From Eledone cirrhosa (Eukaryota), in NCBI GenBank assembly GCA_964016885.1, contig OZ024740.1, positions 200,074,001-200,138,000 on the forward strand: a DNA stretch of 64,000 nucleotides, written 5' to 3'. The notes under the pieces are model-generated. The model was given only the letters and a program-made list of their open reading frames with translations, was not told where the DNA came from and searched no databases. Of this stretch, positions 51,273 through 64,000 are shown piece after piece. The translations under genes and the position numbers were made by a program. Every line of letters starts with the position of its first letter. The first letter of the stretch is position 1.

Positions 51273-51415
51273 ATGGTTATAACAAGGTGAAAATCATCAC
51301 CCATCACCCTGTTTACCCACTGTGCCTCTCCTCCAGGACGTAATGGTCCTTTTATGTCCTTGAGTTTGAAACCCCTCTTCTACACACAAACGCACACACA
51401 CACACACACACGCAT

Positions 51416-51465
<50 letters not shown>

Positions 51466-51479
51466 TTTACTTTTTTTCT

Positions 51480-51720
51480 GTCTCTGGACTACACCCATGC
51501 TGGAACATGACCTTGGTAAGTTATGGGGACGTTAACAAACCAACAAGCATTGGTGGGAGCAAAACACAAACGCAATCACACACACATACATACATATATA
51601 CGACGCGCTTCTTTTAGTTTCGGTGTATCAAATCCACTCGCAGGGCTTTGGTCAGCCCGGGTAGTGGGACTGGACCAGGAATCATGTGGTTGGGAAGTAA
51701 GCTTCTTGTCACACTGCGCA
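51480..51720 (-). mobile_element. Second SINE-like family, decayed
   Basis: The minus strand begins with a tRNA-like head (gcagtgtgacaagaagcttacttcccaaccacatgattcctggtccagtccc); similar decayed pieces near 7450-7570 and 36360. Confidence 0.45.
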
Positions 51721-51989
51721 TATATATATATATGTGTATGTGTATGTGTATGGGGGGGGGGGATTTATCAAATTAACCATGAAAATAAAAAGAAAAAGTC
51801 GAGTTACACTATAACTTTGTTTATATTTTGTTGTTTTTATTTTTATTGTTAATTTAATACCTTATATCTGACTCTGTATCTAAAGAATTAATTCAGCGAA
51901 ACACCGAACTTCTCTTTGGATTTTACAAGATTACATTGAGTTCTATCCAGAGGTAGACCAGACTAAAAAAAGAAAATATATGTTGGTGT

Positions 51990-52048
51990 AAATGATAGCA
52001 CAGTGGTCCGGATAACCAAAGATGTGGGTTCGACTCCCATGTACGTCA
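51990..52048 (+). other. tRNA-like A/B-box head (SINE fragment or tRNA pseudogene)
   Basis: tagcacagtgg ... ggttcgactcc with no complete cloverleaf. Confidence 0.4.
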
Positions 52049-52494
52049 ATACTCATCTTTTTCCATTTCTCCGAGGGTTCTTAACCCCACTATCAGGCTA
52101 AATCATTTCTTTAATTTCTTTAGTCAAAATACGGCGATAGCTTACATTTCTAATAATTTCAAAATCACTCGCTGTTTCGAAAATATTCTTACTATATATA
52201 TATATATATATAGCTATATACATAGGTGTATGCATGTATGTAGATATATATATATATAAATCTACATACATGCGTACATACATTTACCTATGTATATAGG
52301 TATGCATTTATACATTTGTATATATACATGCAATTATATTTAAATGTGTAAGGATGTTGACATGAGTGATGTTTTTTGGTAAGGAGAGAATTTTGACTCC
52401 AGATTTTATTACCTAGGGAGATTAAATACCACAGCTCTGGCTAAAAGCTGACGAGATTGTTAACCTCATCAAACACCAACACCGTCCTGTGTGT

Positions 52495-52580
52495 GTATGT
52501 ATGTATGTATGTATGTATGTATGTATGTATGTATGTATGTATGTATGTATGTATGTATGTATGTATGTATGTATGTATGT
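52495..52580. repeat. (TATG)n microsatellite
   Basis: Seen directly. Confidence 0.95.
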
Positions 52581-52854
52581 TCTTCTAGTTTTATAATTTC
52601 ACAAATTTTTTCTCAATAGAGAGAAAGTCGGTTTCTAACATGGACACAAGACTCTCTCTTTGGAATTTACACATCAACTAGGTAGATTATGTATGCATGC
52701 ATGTGTAGATATGGATGTTATTGTATGTGTGGATGTGGATGTTTTGAGTTGTAAGTGTGCATGTGTATATGCTTTGTATCTGTACATGTTATATGCAGTT
52801 ATTAGATGCAAAAATGTTACTATGTTTTACATATTTGGTTATACATGTTTGGTT

Positions 52855-53400
52855 TCGTCTGAATCTTTTATTAAGCACTTTTCTCTCATCTACCTTCATC
52901 AGGTGTCGGTTTTTGTCGCCAACAGCTTTCAATTCTTGTTTGAGGGTGATCAGCTTATATTGTTACCAAACATCGTCTCTATTTTATTTTTCACTCTTTG
53001 TTGGTGAGGAGTGAAGTTTTTTTGTGTTTGTTTGCATGTAAGGAGCATTGTCACATATCCTATGGTTTTTCGTAGGTCAGTAATCTTTTTTTCTATTTTT
53101 GTTATATATGATGGTATTTTTGGTGGTGTTCTGTTCTTGTAAATATCTCTGCTATCACCAAGATAATGATTCACTGTCGTTGCTAAGGCATATAAACAGG
53201 CGTTGATTTGCCAAAATGTTGGGGTTTTTATCCGTCGTAAATATTCATCCCTTATTTCGTCAATAACACGTAATATTTCATTATTTGTTTTTTTATTAAA
53301 CGTTGTCGTTTTAATACGTCCAGCAAGAGAGATATTTATACATGAATTAATTTCTCTCTGGAAGATTTCGTTGAGGGAAATTTTCAATTATTTATACTTT
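52855..53400 (-). mobile_element. R4/Dong-like LINE N-terminal fragment from a second family
   Basis: ORF 52950-53387 (INACLYALA..YITKIEKKITDLRKTIG) parallels ORF 61388-61729 (LKHLYYASA..WQEIINRQINLLRSDI). Confidence 0.55.
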
Positions 53401-53521
53401 TGATTATTATCATTATCGATAGTATTTTCCACAACAGTCGAAGTAAACTCGGCTGGTAAACGTGGTGTCAACTCTCTTCGATTATTATTATTATCGATAG
53501 GCGATTATTATTATTATCGAA

Positions 53522-53603
53522 GGGCGGTGGATTGGCAGTATCGGTAGAAGGTCGGACGCCATGCTTTGACGCATAGAGTTACGGCAATTGACATTCTGAG
53601 TTC
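53522..53603 (+). mobile_element. SINE 5' tRNA-like head only
   Basis: gggcggtggattggcagtatcggtagaaggtcggacgccatgctttg...ctgagttca. Confidence 0.75.
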
Positions 53604-53835
53604 ATGTATGTATGTATGTGTATGAGTGTATGCATTGCTTTTTTTTCTTGTCGTTTCTGTTGTTCTTGTAACTTGTCAAAGTTGAAGTTGTCCTTATTTT
53701 CATTTTCTTTCATTTCTTTCGTTTTCTTTTATCACCCTAGGGAATTCGTTGACAAGCTTCTTTTATTTATTTTCTTCGTTTTCTTCACTCAAATGCATTC
53801 ACACTGGCTATCTCAGAGACTACAAATATGGTTTA

Positions 53836-54778
53836 CTAGCAGTGGTACCTGGTGTTGCTACGGGATAAGGTATTTTGGAAAGCGGGCCGCCAACAGAACT
53901 AATCGTGGAAAAACTGCATACCTGGACAATATGTCAAGAAAATAAACAGAATACTCTGATGGCTGGATAATCTTTAAGATTTTCCTCGATGAAGAAGGAA
54001 AAATGCAGGTTTTCACCTAATGCGGGCCGTAGGGGACCAAGAAAATGAATTTGTTTTATGTGCATAATATGTTTTGAAATTTCGGGAAAATCAGCTAGAC
54101 GTAACGCCTCCAAAAAGCCCTAAAAAGCTGAGAGAATGGAGTTGTTCACCCAATGCGGGCCCTAGGCCATAAAAAAGTTGGATTTTCTTTGCTCACGGTA
54201 TGAAGAAGAGACTGGCTAATACATAGTTACAATTTCAAGGAAATCAGTCTGACGTAACGCCTCAAAAACCCCTAAAAACCTGAAAAAACGCAGTTTTTTA
54301 CCTAATGCGATCACTCTAAGAGATTAAAATGTTGAATTTTATGTGCATAACACTCCCTGAAACATAAGTATTACACATGTAAAGTTTGAAAAAACATCGG
54401 TTGGGTACTTCTCGAGTTTTAATGATTCAAACTCCCAGACACAGACACACACCCAACACATACACACATACATACATCTCAGGGAAGTGACGTAATGTAG
54501 ACAGCCAGACATACAGAGAGATATTATAAGGGTGCGACGTTATATGTATGTATCTATCTAAAAAGAGAAAGACTAAGAATTATAGAGAGAGATCGCTAAA
54601 TCGCCTAATGCGGTCCCTAGGGCGTTGAAAATTTGAATTCCTTTTTGCTCAAAACACTCCCACGAAATATAAGTATTACATGTGTAAAACTTGAAAACAG
54701 TGGTTGGGTGGTTCTCGAGTATTAGGGATTCAAACTCACACACACACACACAGACATCCTCAGTTTTATATATATAGA
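53836..54778 (-). mobile_element. Non-autonomous Helitron
   Basis: Minus strand starts TCtatatatataaaac and ends ctgCTAG, between A and T; imperfect subterminal hairpin cccgtagcaacaccagg; four internal cctaatgcg-type repeats. Confidence 0.8.
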
Positions 54779-54884
54779 TAAAACTTATCTACGGAAATAG
54801 CCTTCCAGTGCCCCCCCTCCCCCCGATTCACCCCCCCCCCCCCTCAATCCCCCCTTGCTTCATAAAATGAGTATATCAAATGTT

Positions 54885-57800
54885 AGGGTTTGGGCTAAAA
54901 CCGGATAACTCACTGTTAGGTGTGGTGCTGTAGGAGAGTTTGATGGTATTTTTGTTGATTATGTTGTGGTAGCGGTGTTGTAGTGGGAAGTGTTTTTCGA
55001 TGAGCGTAAAGAAGATTTTCCCGATAGGTGTTGTCACCTCGGCGTTGTGGGGGGAGGATTGAACCATTTTACGTTGCGTGAGCGGCGGTGTTGCCTGCTG
55101 GTTCCGTTAATGGAAGCGGGACAGTAGGATATTTCCTCCCGGAAGCCACTCCGCTTGAGGGCCTGGTTGTAATTGTGAGGGAATTTTATGAGTTAGTAGT
55201 AATCGGCCAAATCTATCTTACAATGACAGGTCAACAAGTAGGGGGCCAAAATACTAAAAAAAAACAATACGAAATAATAATTCAGAGACCCGAATCTAAT
55301 ACGAAATATTAATTCAGAATCCCGAAAATGAATATTAATACGATATATAAGAGTACCGCTACAATACATACATTCTAATACAAACTACATAAATGCTCGT
55401 ACGATATATATGAACAATTTAATACGAAAAATTAATTCAGAATACCCCCCCCCCCCCCCAAAAAAAAAATGTAAATACTGATATACGAGAAACTAAAGCA
55501 GAGATACCACTAAGAAATCTAGAAATCATGGAAATGGGGCAGCAATCAGATAAGCAAGCAAGTATCTGGGGTCTAGCACATCTGCTATAAAAAGCGGAGT
55601 CGGCCAATTCTATCGTAGAATAGGGGGGGGGGGTACTGAGGCTACAGAGGACCGGAGGGCTGCCGCGGGGTGGACGAGAAGGTGAAGAGAACGACGACAA
55701 AGAAGGAGATCTTGGGTGGAAGGACTAGGAAGGGATGGGAGGAAGAAGAAAATATAGAGGAAACGATAAAAATATATAAGAAAATGTTACGTCTACCTTT
55801 GTAATTAGGGGTTACCCATTACAAAGTCGGCAAGTGGAGTGTTACAGCCCTTGTTTAAGCCCCCCCCCCGGGTTATTATGGGGTTTGAGGGCGAGGTAAG
55901 TCCTACGCAATCTGTGTTTGCATGCAGTTACCAGTTCGTCTTTCTTGTTTAGGAGTTGGTCCGTCGAAAACAGCATTTGTAATGTTTCCTCCGAGCCTAA
56001 TTTACACGGACGGCGTCCTCCCGTATAAGAGTTGGCTCTGGACAGTAAGCTCCAAGTCAGATTATAGGTTATATTGTTATCTTTGAGGTCCCAGATGTGG
56101 CCCGAAAGTGTAGTGGCGTGACGTCGGGTCGGGTTTCGGAAAGTATGTCTGTGTTGGTATAGCTGGGTCTTGAAGTCACAAGCGGTTAATCATATATAAG
56201 CTTTGTTGGAGATGTCCGTGTTCACGTTGCACTGGTAGATCACATTACGATCTCTGTATCTGTTGTCGAGGGGGCAAATGGAGCCACCAGGACAGTTACA
56301 CCTCCTGGTCGGCTCTCCACTGCTATCTAGGTTATTTCTTCCATAGGAGTTGAGTTTTTTGTTGTTAGAGTAGGCGATGTTTTGTGCAAAGTTAGGTGTG
56401 GTGCTGTAGGAGAGTTTGATGGTATTTTTGTTGATTATGTTGTGGTAGCGGTGTTGTAGTGGGAAGTGTTTTTCGATGAGCCTAAAGAAGATTTTCCTGA
56501 TAGGTGTTGTCGGGAGGATTGAACCATGTTACGTAATGGAAGCTGGACAGTAGGATATTTCCTCCCGCAAGCCACCCCGCTTGAGGGCCTGGTTGTAATA
56601 AGGCGCATGCTCCTCGAATATCTGCTCATTAGATGACAAACGAGATATGCGGAGGGAGATGTTTTCAACCAGGTTATTGGTGATATTTCTAGGATGGTTT
56701 GACCGGCGGTGGATGTAGCGCAGGTTGTCGTTTGGTTTCCTGTATGGGTAGTACAGATCATTATCGAGGTCAAGGGCAACGTCGAAGAAGTTTACTCGGG
56801 TTAGGGACGTTTGTAGGGTTATTTTAAATCCCCAATCGCGGAAGAAGCTGATTAATTGTATACGGACCCGGTCTGTACTACTGGGATTGTACCCTTTAAG
56901 GGTAAGGAGCCCATCATCACGGTACAATCCACCGCCGAATGCAGGAAACATATCAGTGGTTTAACTCGTAGCAATAATCCTATAAGTTCTGTGACCACAG
57001 CCAAATCCGTTGCGCCAATATTGACGTCGAAGGGGGAGTCGGGAGCTCTCTTTATCCATTTGGAGTTGTCGAAAAGTAGGACGGTCTTCCTGGTGTGGAG
57101 GATGATATTTCTTTCCTGGTCGGTGATGGGCGCAAATGTCTCGGCAAAGTCCAAGGCGGCCGTAAGGAGCGGTAAGGTAATTGAAGCATAGGGGGATTCT
57201 GAATTAATTTTTCGTATTACATTTTTCATATATATCATACGAGCATTTATGTAGTTTGTATTAGAATTTATGTATTGTAACGGTACTCTTATATATCGTA
57301 TTAGTATTCATTTTCCGGATTTCTGAATTAATACTTCGTATTAGATTCGGGTCTCTGAATTATTATTTCGTATTGTTTTTTTTTTAGTATTTTGGCCCCC
57401 TACTTGTTGACCTGTCATTGTAAGATAGATCTGGCCGATTACTACTAACTCATAAAATTCTCTCACTACAATGTCGTATTTAGTATTCCTTCCCACCTAT
57501 TAAACTTTTCTATAGTTTAGCAGTATCAGTGAGAGATTTGATGATTGTGGTAGGGGAATAGTAACCAGAAATTGTGTTTTTTAATATTTTTAACATTCTT
57601 ATATTTCTATATATTTACTCCATATAGATTTACTTATTGTTTCGACTTCCTCCCCCTCCCCCTCTCTAGTATACTTCTCTTGACCTCTTATCCTTAGGAT
57701 TCTGCTGTAGTTGTCACTTTCAACGCACGACTAGGTTTCCTCCACTCCCTCTCCCTCTTTCTTCTACTGGCACATTCAGCTACCCCTTCCTTCCACAAAA

Positions 57801-57990
57801 TGCCATGATAGAATTATGTGTTTCAACAACAAACTTTTGACCAATCCTTGTGACAATCAGTTTTACCATATATGGAATTACCCCTGAGAAGCTCGGCTAT
57901 GCATTTACCAGGATACAAGTTTTCATTTAGTCCAGAATTAGCCGTCGAAACGGCCTGAGCTCAGCCGTCGGGGTCCTACTCGTTCCTATA
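54885..57990 (-). mobile_element. Rearranged 5'-truncated PLE (RT, GIY-YIG, 3' UTR) with an inverted 3' UTR at 57192-57990 and a duplicated internal piece at 54885-55170
   Basis: GGGLYRDDGL, VNFFDVALDL, YRKPN..SNHP (ORF 56529-56951); CNCPGGSICPL..NVIYQC..YIGLTACDFKT. 55172-55448 is the reverse complement of 57192-57472. Confidence 0.88.
57880..57974 (+). ncRNA. Hammerhead-like motif with long stem II and long palindromic stem III; core one base short
   Basis: ccc-CTGAGAA-gct-cggcta...tagccg-tc-GAAA-cggc-c-tgagctca-gccg-TC-gggg. Confidence 0.55.
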
Positions 57991-58159
57991 TATATATTTA
58001 TATAGTTTCAGAAGACCCCGTTGAAGGTGAAAGCAGCGATTCTTTGCATAAACTTTAATCTGTTATTTTAATAAATATTTGCTCTATGTTTTTTATATTC
58101 GATATATATATATCATCATTATCGAGCCATCTTCGGATTTTAGTCTTCACATTTATTAG

Positions 58160-61100
58160 TATTACTATTATTATTATTATAGTTGCATTTATCTTTCTTT
58201 ATGTTCAGTTATCACCAGTGACCTCAAGAGACAACAAGGTCCGCCATGTTCAAATAAGAAGATACATACACACACACACACACACATGCATCTTTAGGTG
58301 TTTAGACTTGTGATGTACGTATATTGACAGAATCTCCCTTAGTATATGGGCAATTCCCATTAGTACTAACTTTTGTATTTCTCTTATACGCGGGTTTCCT
58401 GTAATTTGCGATAAGTAATCATTAGGCCCCTTATGTATCATTCCTAGGGCACCTACAACCACTGATATTGTTTTACTTCTCAACTTCCACATTTTTCCAA
58501 TTTCTATCTCCAGGCCTTTATACTTGCTCAATTTCTTCAGATATTTTTATAGATTCATTCTTGTCTATTGGAACGGACATATCAATTAGCAGGCATACCC
58601 TCTGTTTAAAGTCCTTCAGTATGTATATCAGGTCTATTTGCATCTACTTTTCTCTCTGTTTGGATGCTTAAGTTCCACAAGATTGAGATGTGATTTTTTC
58701 AAGTATGGTAGGTGGTTGATGCTCCCACCAATTCTTTTGATGGGGCAGAGGTAAATGCTTACACATTATCGAATGTATGTTTTGTGCAGCTCTGTCGTGC
58801 CTGTTTAGGTATTCGGTTGGAGCTATAGGACTGCACATTGAAATTATATGATCATTGGTCTCTGGTTCCTTTTTACATACACGACATTATGGTTTGCATC
58901 CATATTTTATTATGTTGGCTTGATAATTTTTTGTTGGCAGACACTGATCTTGTGCTGATATAATCAGTCCTTCAGTCTCTGATTTCAGTCCAGAGGATGC
59001 CATCAGGATTGTTAGCTTTTTCTGGGTATTTTCCATACAGAGGCCTTTCTTGCCATTTCTTAGCCAGTTTCTGTAGCAGTTCTTTCTTTGCAGTTACTTT
59101 TACCTGCTTTGCTTTTTCTGTGTTTTTCATTTCAGCTGTAAATGGAACTTCTGAAATTTGTAGTCCATTACTGTTTCTTTGTGCATCTTTTGTAATGGAG
59201 TATGATCTTTTCTTGTTTTCATGTTTCAAAATGAGTTTGATCATCCAATCATGTGATTCCCTTAGATATGTAGATAATCCAATTTTTGCAGTTTTTAAAG
59301 CAATATCTAACGGGATTAATCCACGTCCTCCTTCTTTCCTAGGGAGATATATTCTATCTATATCTGCCTTAGGGTGACGCATTCTGTGCATGGTTAAGAA
59401 TTTTCACATTTTTATATCGAGCCTACGGATCTCTGTGATTGACCAGTTGACGACATTGTAACTGTAGGTTACTACTGGTATGGCAAGCGTGTTTATGGCA
59501 TCTATCATATTACTTGCATTCAATTCCGTTCTTAAGATTGCTCTGCGGTAACTTTCCTTCCTTATCCTTTCCCTCATTGTCGTGTTCTTGATTCCGTCTC
59601 CTTCACAAACACCTAGATATTTGTAAGTTTTCTCTTGATCAAGTTCTCTCATCACATTCCTCCGATCAAGATTAATACATGAACTTCTCAGCAGCTTTCC
59701 CTTGGCTCATTTGTCTAGTCCAAACTCCATTTTAATATCATCACTGAACTGATTCCCAGTGGATAATAGCCCTTGCAACTGCTCATCATTTTCTGCAAAT
59801 AGTTTCAGATTATCCATGTAGAACAAGTAATTAATGATTTTGTCATAGACTGTATATCCAGGTTTTGTTTAATTGAGCATTTTACTTAATTGTATAAATG
59901 CGATGCAGAATAAAAGCGGTGATAAAGAGTCACCCTGAATAATTCCCAATTAATATTAACTTCCCAGCTTCCAGTGATTTTTCTTCAAAAGAACTGTCGT
60001 TTCCCATGTCTTCATACTGAATGACAGGATCCTCCTGACAACGGGAGTTATTTTGAAAATCTCTAAACACTTTTCAATCCAATGTGTGGCAAACTAACGA
60101 ATGCTTTTTTGTAATCTATCCAAGCAATTGATAGATTTTTGTGTCTATTATGACAATCTTCCAGTATCATTTTGTTAACCAAAAGCTGATCCTTACAGCC
60201 AATAGGAGCCTCGTTTACACACTTTCTGCTCATTGGGAAATAGATCATTTGTTATCAGGTGGTCATATGTGTATTCAGTTAGGACTGATGTTAAAATTTT
60301 ATACATTGTGGTCAAGCAAGTTATCGGTCTGTCATTTTTGGTATTGTTGTCTCATCATTCTTCGGAAGTAGGAATGTAATGCCGTTAACTAGCCATGATG
60401 GTATCTTTTCTGGCTCCTTAACCATTTCATTGTAAAGTTGGGTTAACAGCTCATGAGATTCTGTGAAGGCATTTATCCACAAATTTGGTATTTTGTCTTT
60501 CCCTTGGGATTTCCATTGGCTGGATTTTCTAAGAGCTAAACGCAGATTTAAATTCAACTGTTATATTTTCCCATGTTTGTTCCTCAAGGTGAGCTTTATC
60601 TTTCATTTGTCTCTCTATCCATGGGGCATGTATATTATGAACTTTATCTTCGGCCCAGATCTTTTCCCAGAATTCATGCACCTCCTCCTTGGGCAGTATT
60701 TATTTAACAGTTATTGTTGACTTGACAATAATTCTGTAGAAGTTTCTTTGGTTGTTTTTGAACATATTATTGTCCTTATAGAGTCTAGATCATTTTTCAA
60801 AGCGCCTTAAACGAGAAGCTTTGGCCGACACTTTTTGCTTGATTGTTTCTATCAGCATGTCTATGTCACTTGTTGATTTTATACTGTACTAGCAGATTTA
60901 CCCGGCGTATGAAATTATACTAAGAATATACAGCTAGGAAGTAAATTGAATGGAAAATCCCATAAGGATTTAGTTTTTTGTGGGTTTGCTGACACAGGCA
61001 TGTGACTTAGAAGAAAATCGATGTCCGCTTAAGAGCCTTGTAGTGCAGAGAATAAACACCTACAATTTTGTCGCAAGTGACAAACAAATGTGCAAGCTAC

Positions 61101-62625
61101 AGCTGATAAGTTGTAGGTCCCAACAGTTTGAATTGTAAGTCCCATAAGGATTTTGTTTTGATTGATTTCTACCTTACATCATGCACTTTAGGAAAAATAA
61201 TTTTGCTATCGATATTTTATTGCTCAACGTGGGTAGAATTTTGTGATGTGATCATCTTAGCGACAGGTGCAACGTGCACAGAAAATTTTGTCAAATTCGG
61301 TTGGGAATTGTAAAAAGCCCTAGCTGTCCAAAGTTGTCCACAGACAGATACAAATCCTCGCCTTTATATATATAGAAGATTTTCTTTTCATTTTCTAAGT
61401 TTAGTTTGTTTAACATGTTCACCTACATTGTAGCTTGCTAAAATGTCTATGTCAGATCGGAGAAGGTTTATTTGGCGATTGATGATCTCTTGCCAAGTAT
61501 TTTTTAGTGGGAATTCCTTTGTTTCTTTTATTTTCACTTTATATAAGGGAATGGTGACTTTAGCCGATGCATAATAGAGATGTTTTAGATCAGTAATGTT
61601 TAGTTTATTTATGACGATAATGCTTTTGAGAGATATGTTAGTCTTGTGTATTAACCTTTGGTTTTGTTTGGAGTTCTGGAGTTTAGGGAGAGTGTATCTT
61701 TCCTCCATGTCAGATTCTTTCATTTTCATTCATTCGATCATAATTTCATTCTTCAAGTTGGCGAGTTCATTCTCATTCATTTCTTTATCATTGATGATCT
61801 CATTGGTTTCATTTGCGTTTCATCTTGAGCATGCACTCCTTCCACTTTTTCGATCCGTTCTTTAATTTGTTCTGCTGTCAGTGATTCTGCCCCAACTCTG
61901 GGATTTGAAGTGTTATAATTTACCTCGTTTTCACTGACACATGTTTCATTTTCCCTTCGCTGACCTTGCGCTAATTGCTTGATCTGATCAATTTCTATAT
62001 CAGTTCGTAACTTTTTCTTAACAATATTTCTTCGTATATTAGTTTTTACTGTCATTATAGTCTCTGTTTTCGGGATGTTTCTTTTTCCAGTTGATATACG
62101 TCTGTTCTGTGTTCGATCTATGTGATGGGTAGTACATGGCAGTGTAGAAAGCCTCAAGGACTTCTTTATTGTCTTCCCTAAACCATTTTTCTCTCTTTTT
62201 CTTTGGGTTTCTTGGTGGTGAGCATGGAGGGCCAAGAGTAGGAGTATTCCGTTTATGGGAGGTCTCCAGCTCCGAATTGATGGGAAGGTTTGAACCATTA
62301 GCTGATTTTTCGACCCCAGTCTGGTTCCTCTCTGAGGGACGCGGCTCTTTTTGACCCGGGTGACGGTTGATCCGGTATGAGATTTTATCATTTGACATTG
62401 GCTTTATTTTGTTGCGTTATATCCTTAACTGCCAAGGGGTAATCATTTCGTGTTACCACTCCTAGGACGAGTGTCAACCAAGACTAGAGGGTCGTCCTCC
62501 CCTAGCGACATGGCTTTTCCCCGCCGGCCCCCATCCGGGTATTTATTGGTCACGTTTATTTTGTTTTTTAAATTGTTATTATCATGAGTGGTTCCTTAAT
62601 GCGAGCCCTTCGTGGCTGAGAAAGA
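58160..62625 (-). mobile_element. Near full-length R4/Dong-like non-LTR retrotransposon (RT, CCHC finger, restriction-like endonuclease), decayed, interrupted by a Helitron
   Basis: GCKDQLL, AWIDYKKAFVSLPH, IIQGDSLSPLLFCIA, LFYMDN, YKYLG, RIYLPRKEGGRGL, CRVCKKEPETNDHIISMC, RPDI..CLLIDMSVP, KYKGLEIE, VVVGALG; (TAA)n at both ends. Confidence 0.9.
60889..61379 (-). mobile_element. Non-autonomous Helitron nested in the LINE
   Basis: Minus strand TCttctatatatataaag...gtaaatctgCTAG, inserted between A and T with no target duplication. Confidence 0.85.
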
Positions 62626-62789
62626 AATTATTATTAATAATTAATAATCTTTTTATTGAAGTTGCCTCTGTTGTTGTTGTTGGCTATGCCGGTGATGCTG
62701 GGGTTTTTCTATTGTTGGTGGGGACCTTCATTGCCATAGCCGTTAACTTTTGATCGAGTCACTATGTCAGTCTATTTATATTTATTATA

Positions 62790-63175
62790 ATTAGGCTGCT
62801 CAGCCGTTAATATGCATAAGGAAAGTATATACTTTCAGACGTTCAACCATATTGCAGGAAGGTATACGGTGCTGACGATAGCTAATACGCTTGAAACTAG
62901 TACATCGTTCCTTTGTCAGTGTTGAACAAAAGGGCAACGATGGTTGCTAGACACTGTACGGCTTAATTCGGGATGTTTGTTTAGAAACAAACCGAGCATT
63001 ATAATAAATGCTCGGTAAATCCATACTTACATATATATAGGTGTACATGTATGTATATATATACATACTACTGTACGTCTGTATACATATATGTATGTAC
63101 GTGTACATACTTATATTTTACGTAACAGCCGTACTAAGAGTGAGAAATTAAATTTCGTTTCACTTTTTCCATTTA
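62790..63175 (+). mobile_element. PLE-terminus-like repeat, same family as 27368-27762
   Basis: Near-identical from attaggctgctcagccgttaatat to tttttcc.ttt. Confidence 0.8.
62867..62907 (+). ncRNA. Minimal type I hammerhead motif
   Basis: cggtg-CTGACGA-t-agc-taatac-gct-t-GAAA-ctag-TA-catcg, with palindromic actagt stem III. Confidence 0.75.
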
Positions 63176-63178
63176 TAT

Positions 63179-63233
<55 letters not shown>

Positions 63234-63462
63234 AGGAGGGGGGAGTGTGCGTTTGTTTGTGTGTGTGTGTATGTGTGTGTGCATGTGTGGGTTTATGTGT
63301 GTGTGTATGTGTAGGTTTATGTCATTATTAATGCATGTAGCTAGTAATAAGATGTTTCTAGTTAAATGACTTGCAAGACCATTGTTCAACTTGGTACTCG
63401 ATGTTTTAACGAACGTGGTGTGTAGAATTACATGTTATGAATTACTTCTGCCTCTCTTCCCC

Positions 63463-63494
<32 letters not shown>

Positions 63495-64000
63495 CTCTCT
63501 ATATATATATGCATTCGTCCGCACACACACATACACACACACACATACCTTCCAAAATCGCAAGGACATCTGGAGAGTGTTCTTATCTGTAGTCTCCCTA
63601 CTGTTAAGTGAATTACATAAATTTTCTTCCCTGACGTAGTCTATTCTATCAGAGACAGTTATTCCATTTACAATGTGATTTAGTATATTTATTTTAGTTG
63701 TATCTTCACCCGGCTATTCTCCTTATTAATGTTATGCATCTTATAATTCATCTTCGTCTTATGTTTATGTATATTCATATTACCCTCTTTGATAGCCATT
63801 GAATAAATATTTGTTATGTTCTTGTCACTCTAGACAGTGGGGGTCGTTGTTCTAATTAGTAGATTTGTTTAGTAGCTTAGAGAATTATGGGTATTTATAT
63901 TATTCCTTCTGTATGACTGTCCCATTGAATAGGAATACGATAACCTAAATATAATGTATATATATATATATATGATATATGTGTGTTGGTATATATATAT

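Noticed and set aside
51990-52048. Functional tRNA gene
   Set aside because: A and B boxes are present but there is no acceptor stem or anticodon arm.
52448-52486. Hammerhead (CTGACGA-gat...atc-aaac)
   Set aside because: G12 is missing and no stem I is evident. CTGATAG/CTGATGG look-alikes near 34219, 52095 and 53955 were likewise not counted.

Overview
AT-rich, microsatellite-dense eukaryotic DNA made almost entirely of transposable-element debris. The repeat signature (tRNA-headed Nin/Deu-domain SINEs, Penelope-like elements, RTE, Tx1 and R4/Dong LINEs, Helitrons, mariner) suggests a coleoid cephalopod, probably Octopus; this is an inference. No complete host gene is visible, only one candidate terminal coding exon (13066-13183, +). 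The dominant theme is Penelope-like elements (PLEs). There is one essentially full-length RT+GIY-YIG copy (39746-46390) with 1.6-kb direct pseudo-LTRs, an inverted 5' tail and three hammerhead ribozyme motifs, plus about ten truncated PLE or PLE-terminus insertions, most with fold-back structure and sitting in (TA)n tracts. Several different families carry minimal type I hammerhead motifs, one with a recurrent non-canonical CCGAAGA core. Also present are a near full-length GC-rich RTE LINE, a near full-length R4/Dong-like RT+RLE LINE split by a precisely inserted Helitron, a Tx1/L1 5' half, a PIF1 Helitron relic and a mariner relic. All boundaries were read by eye and are approximate; ribozyme activity is predicted, not shown.
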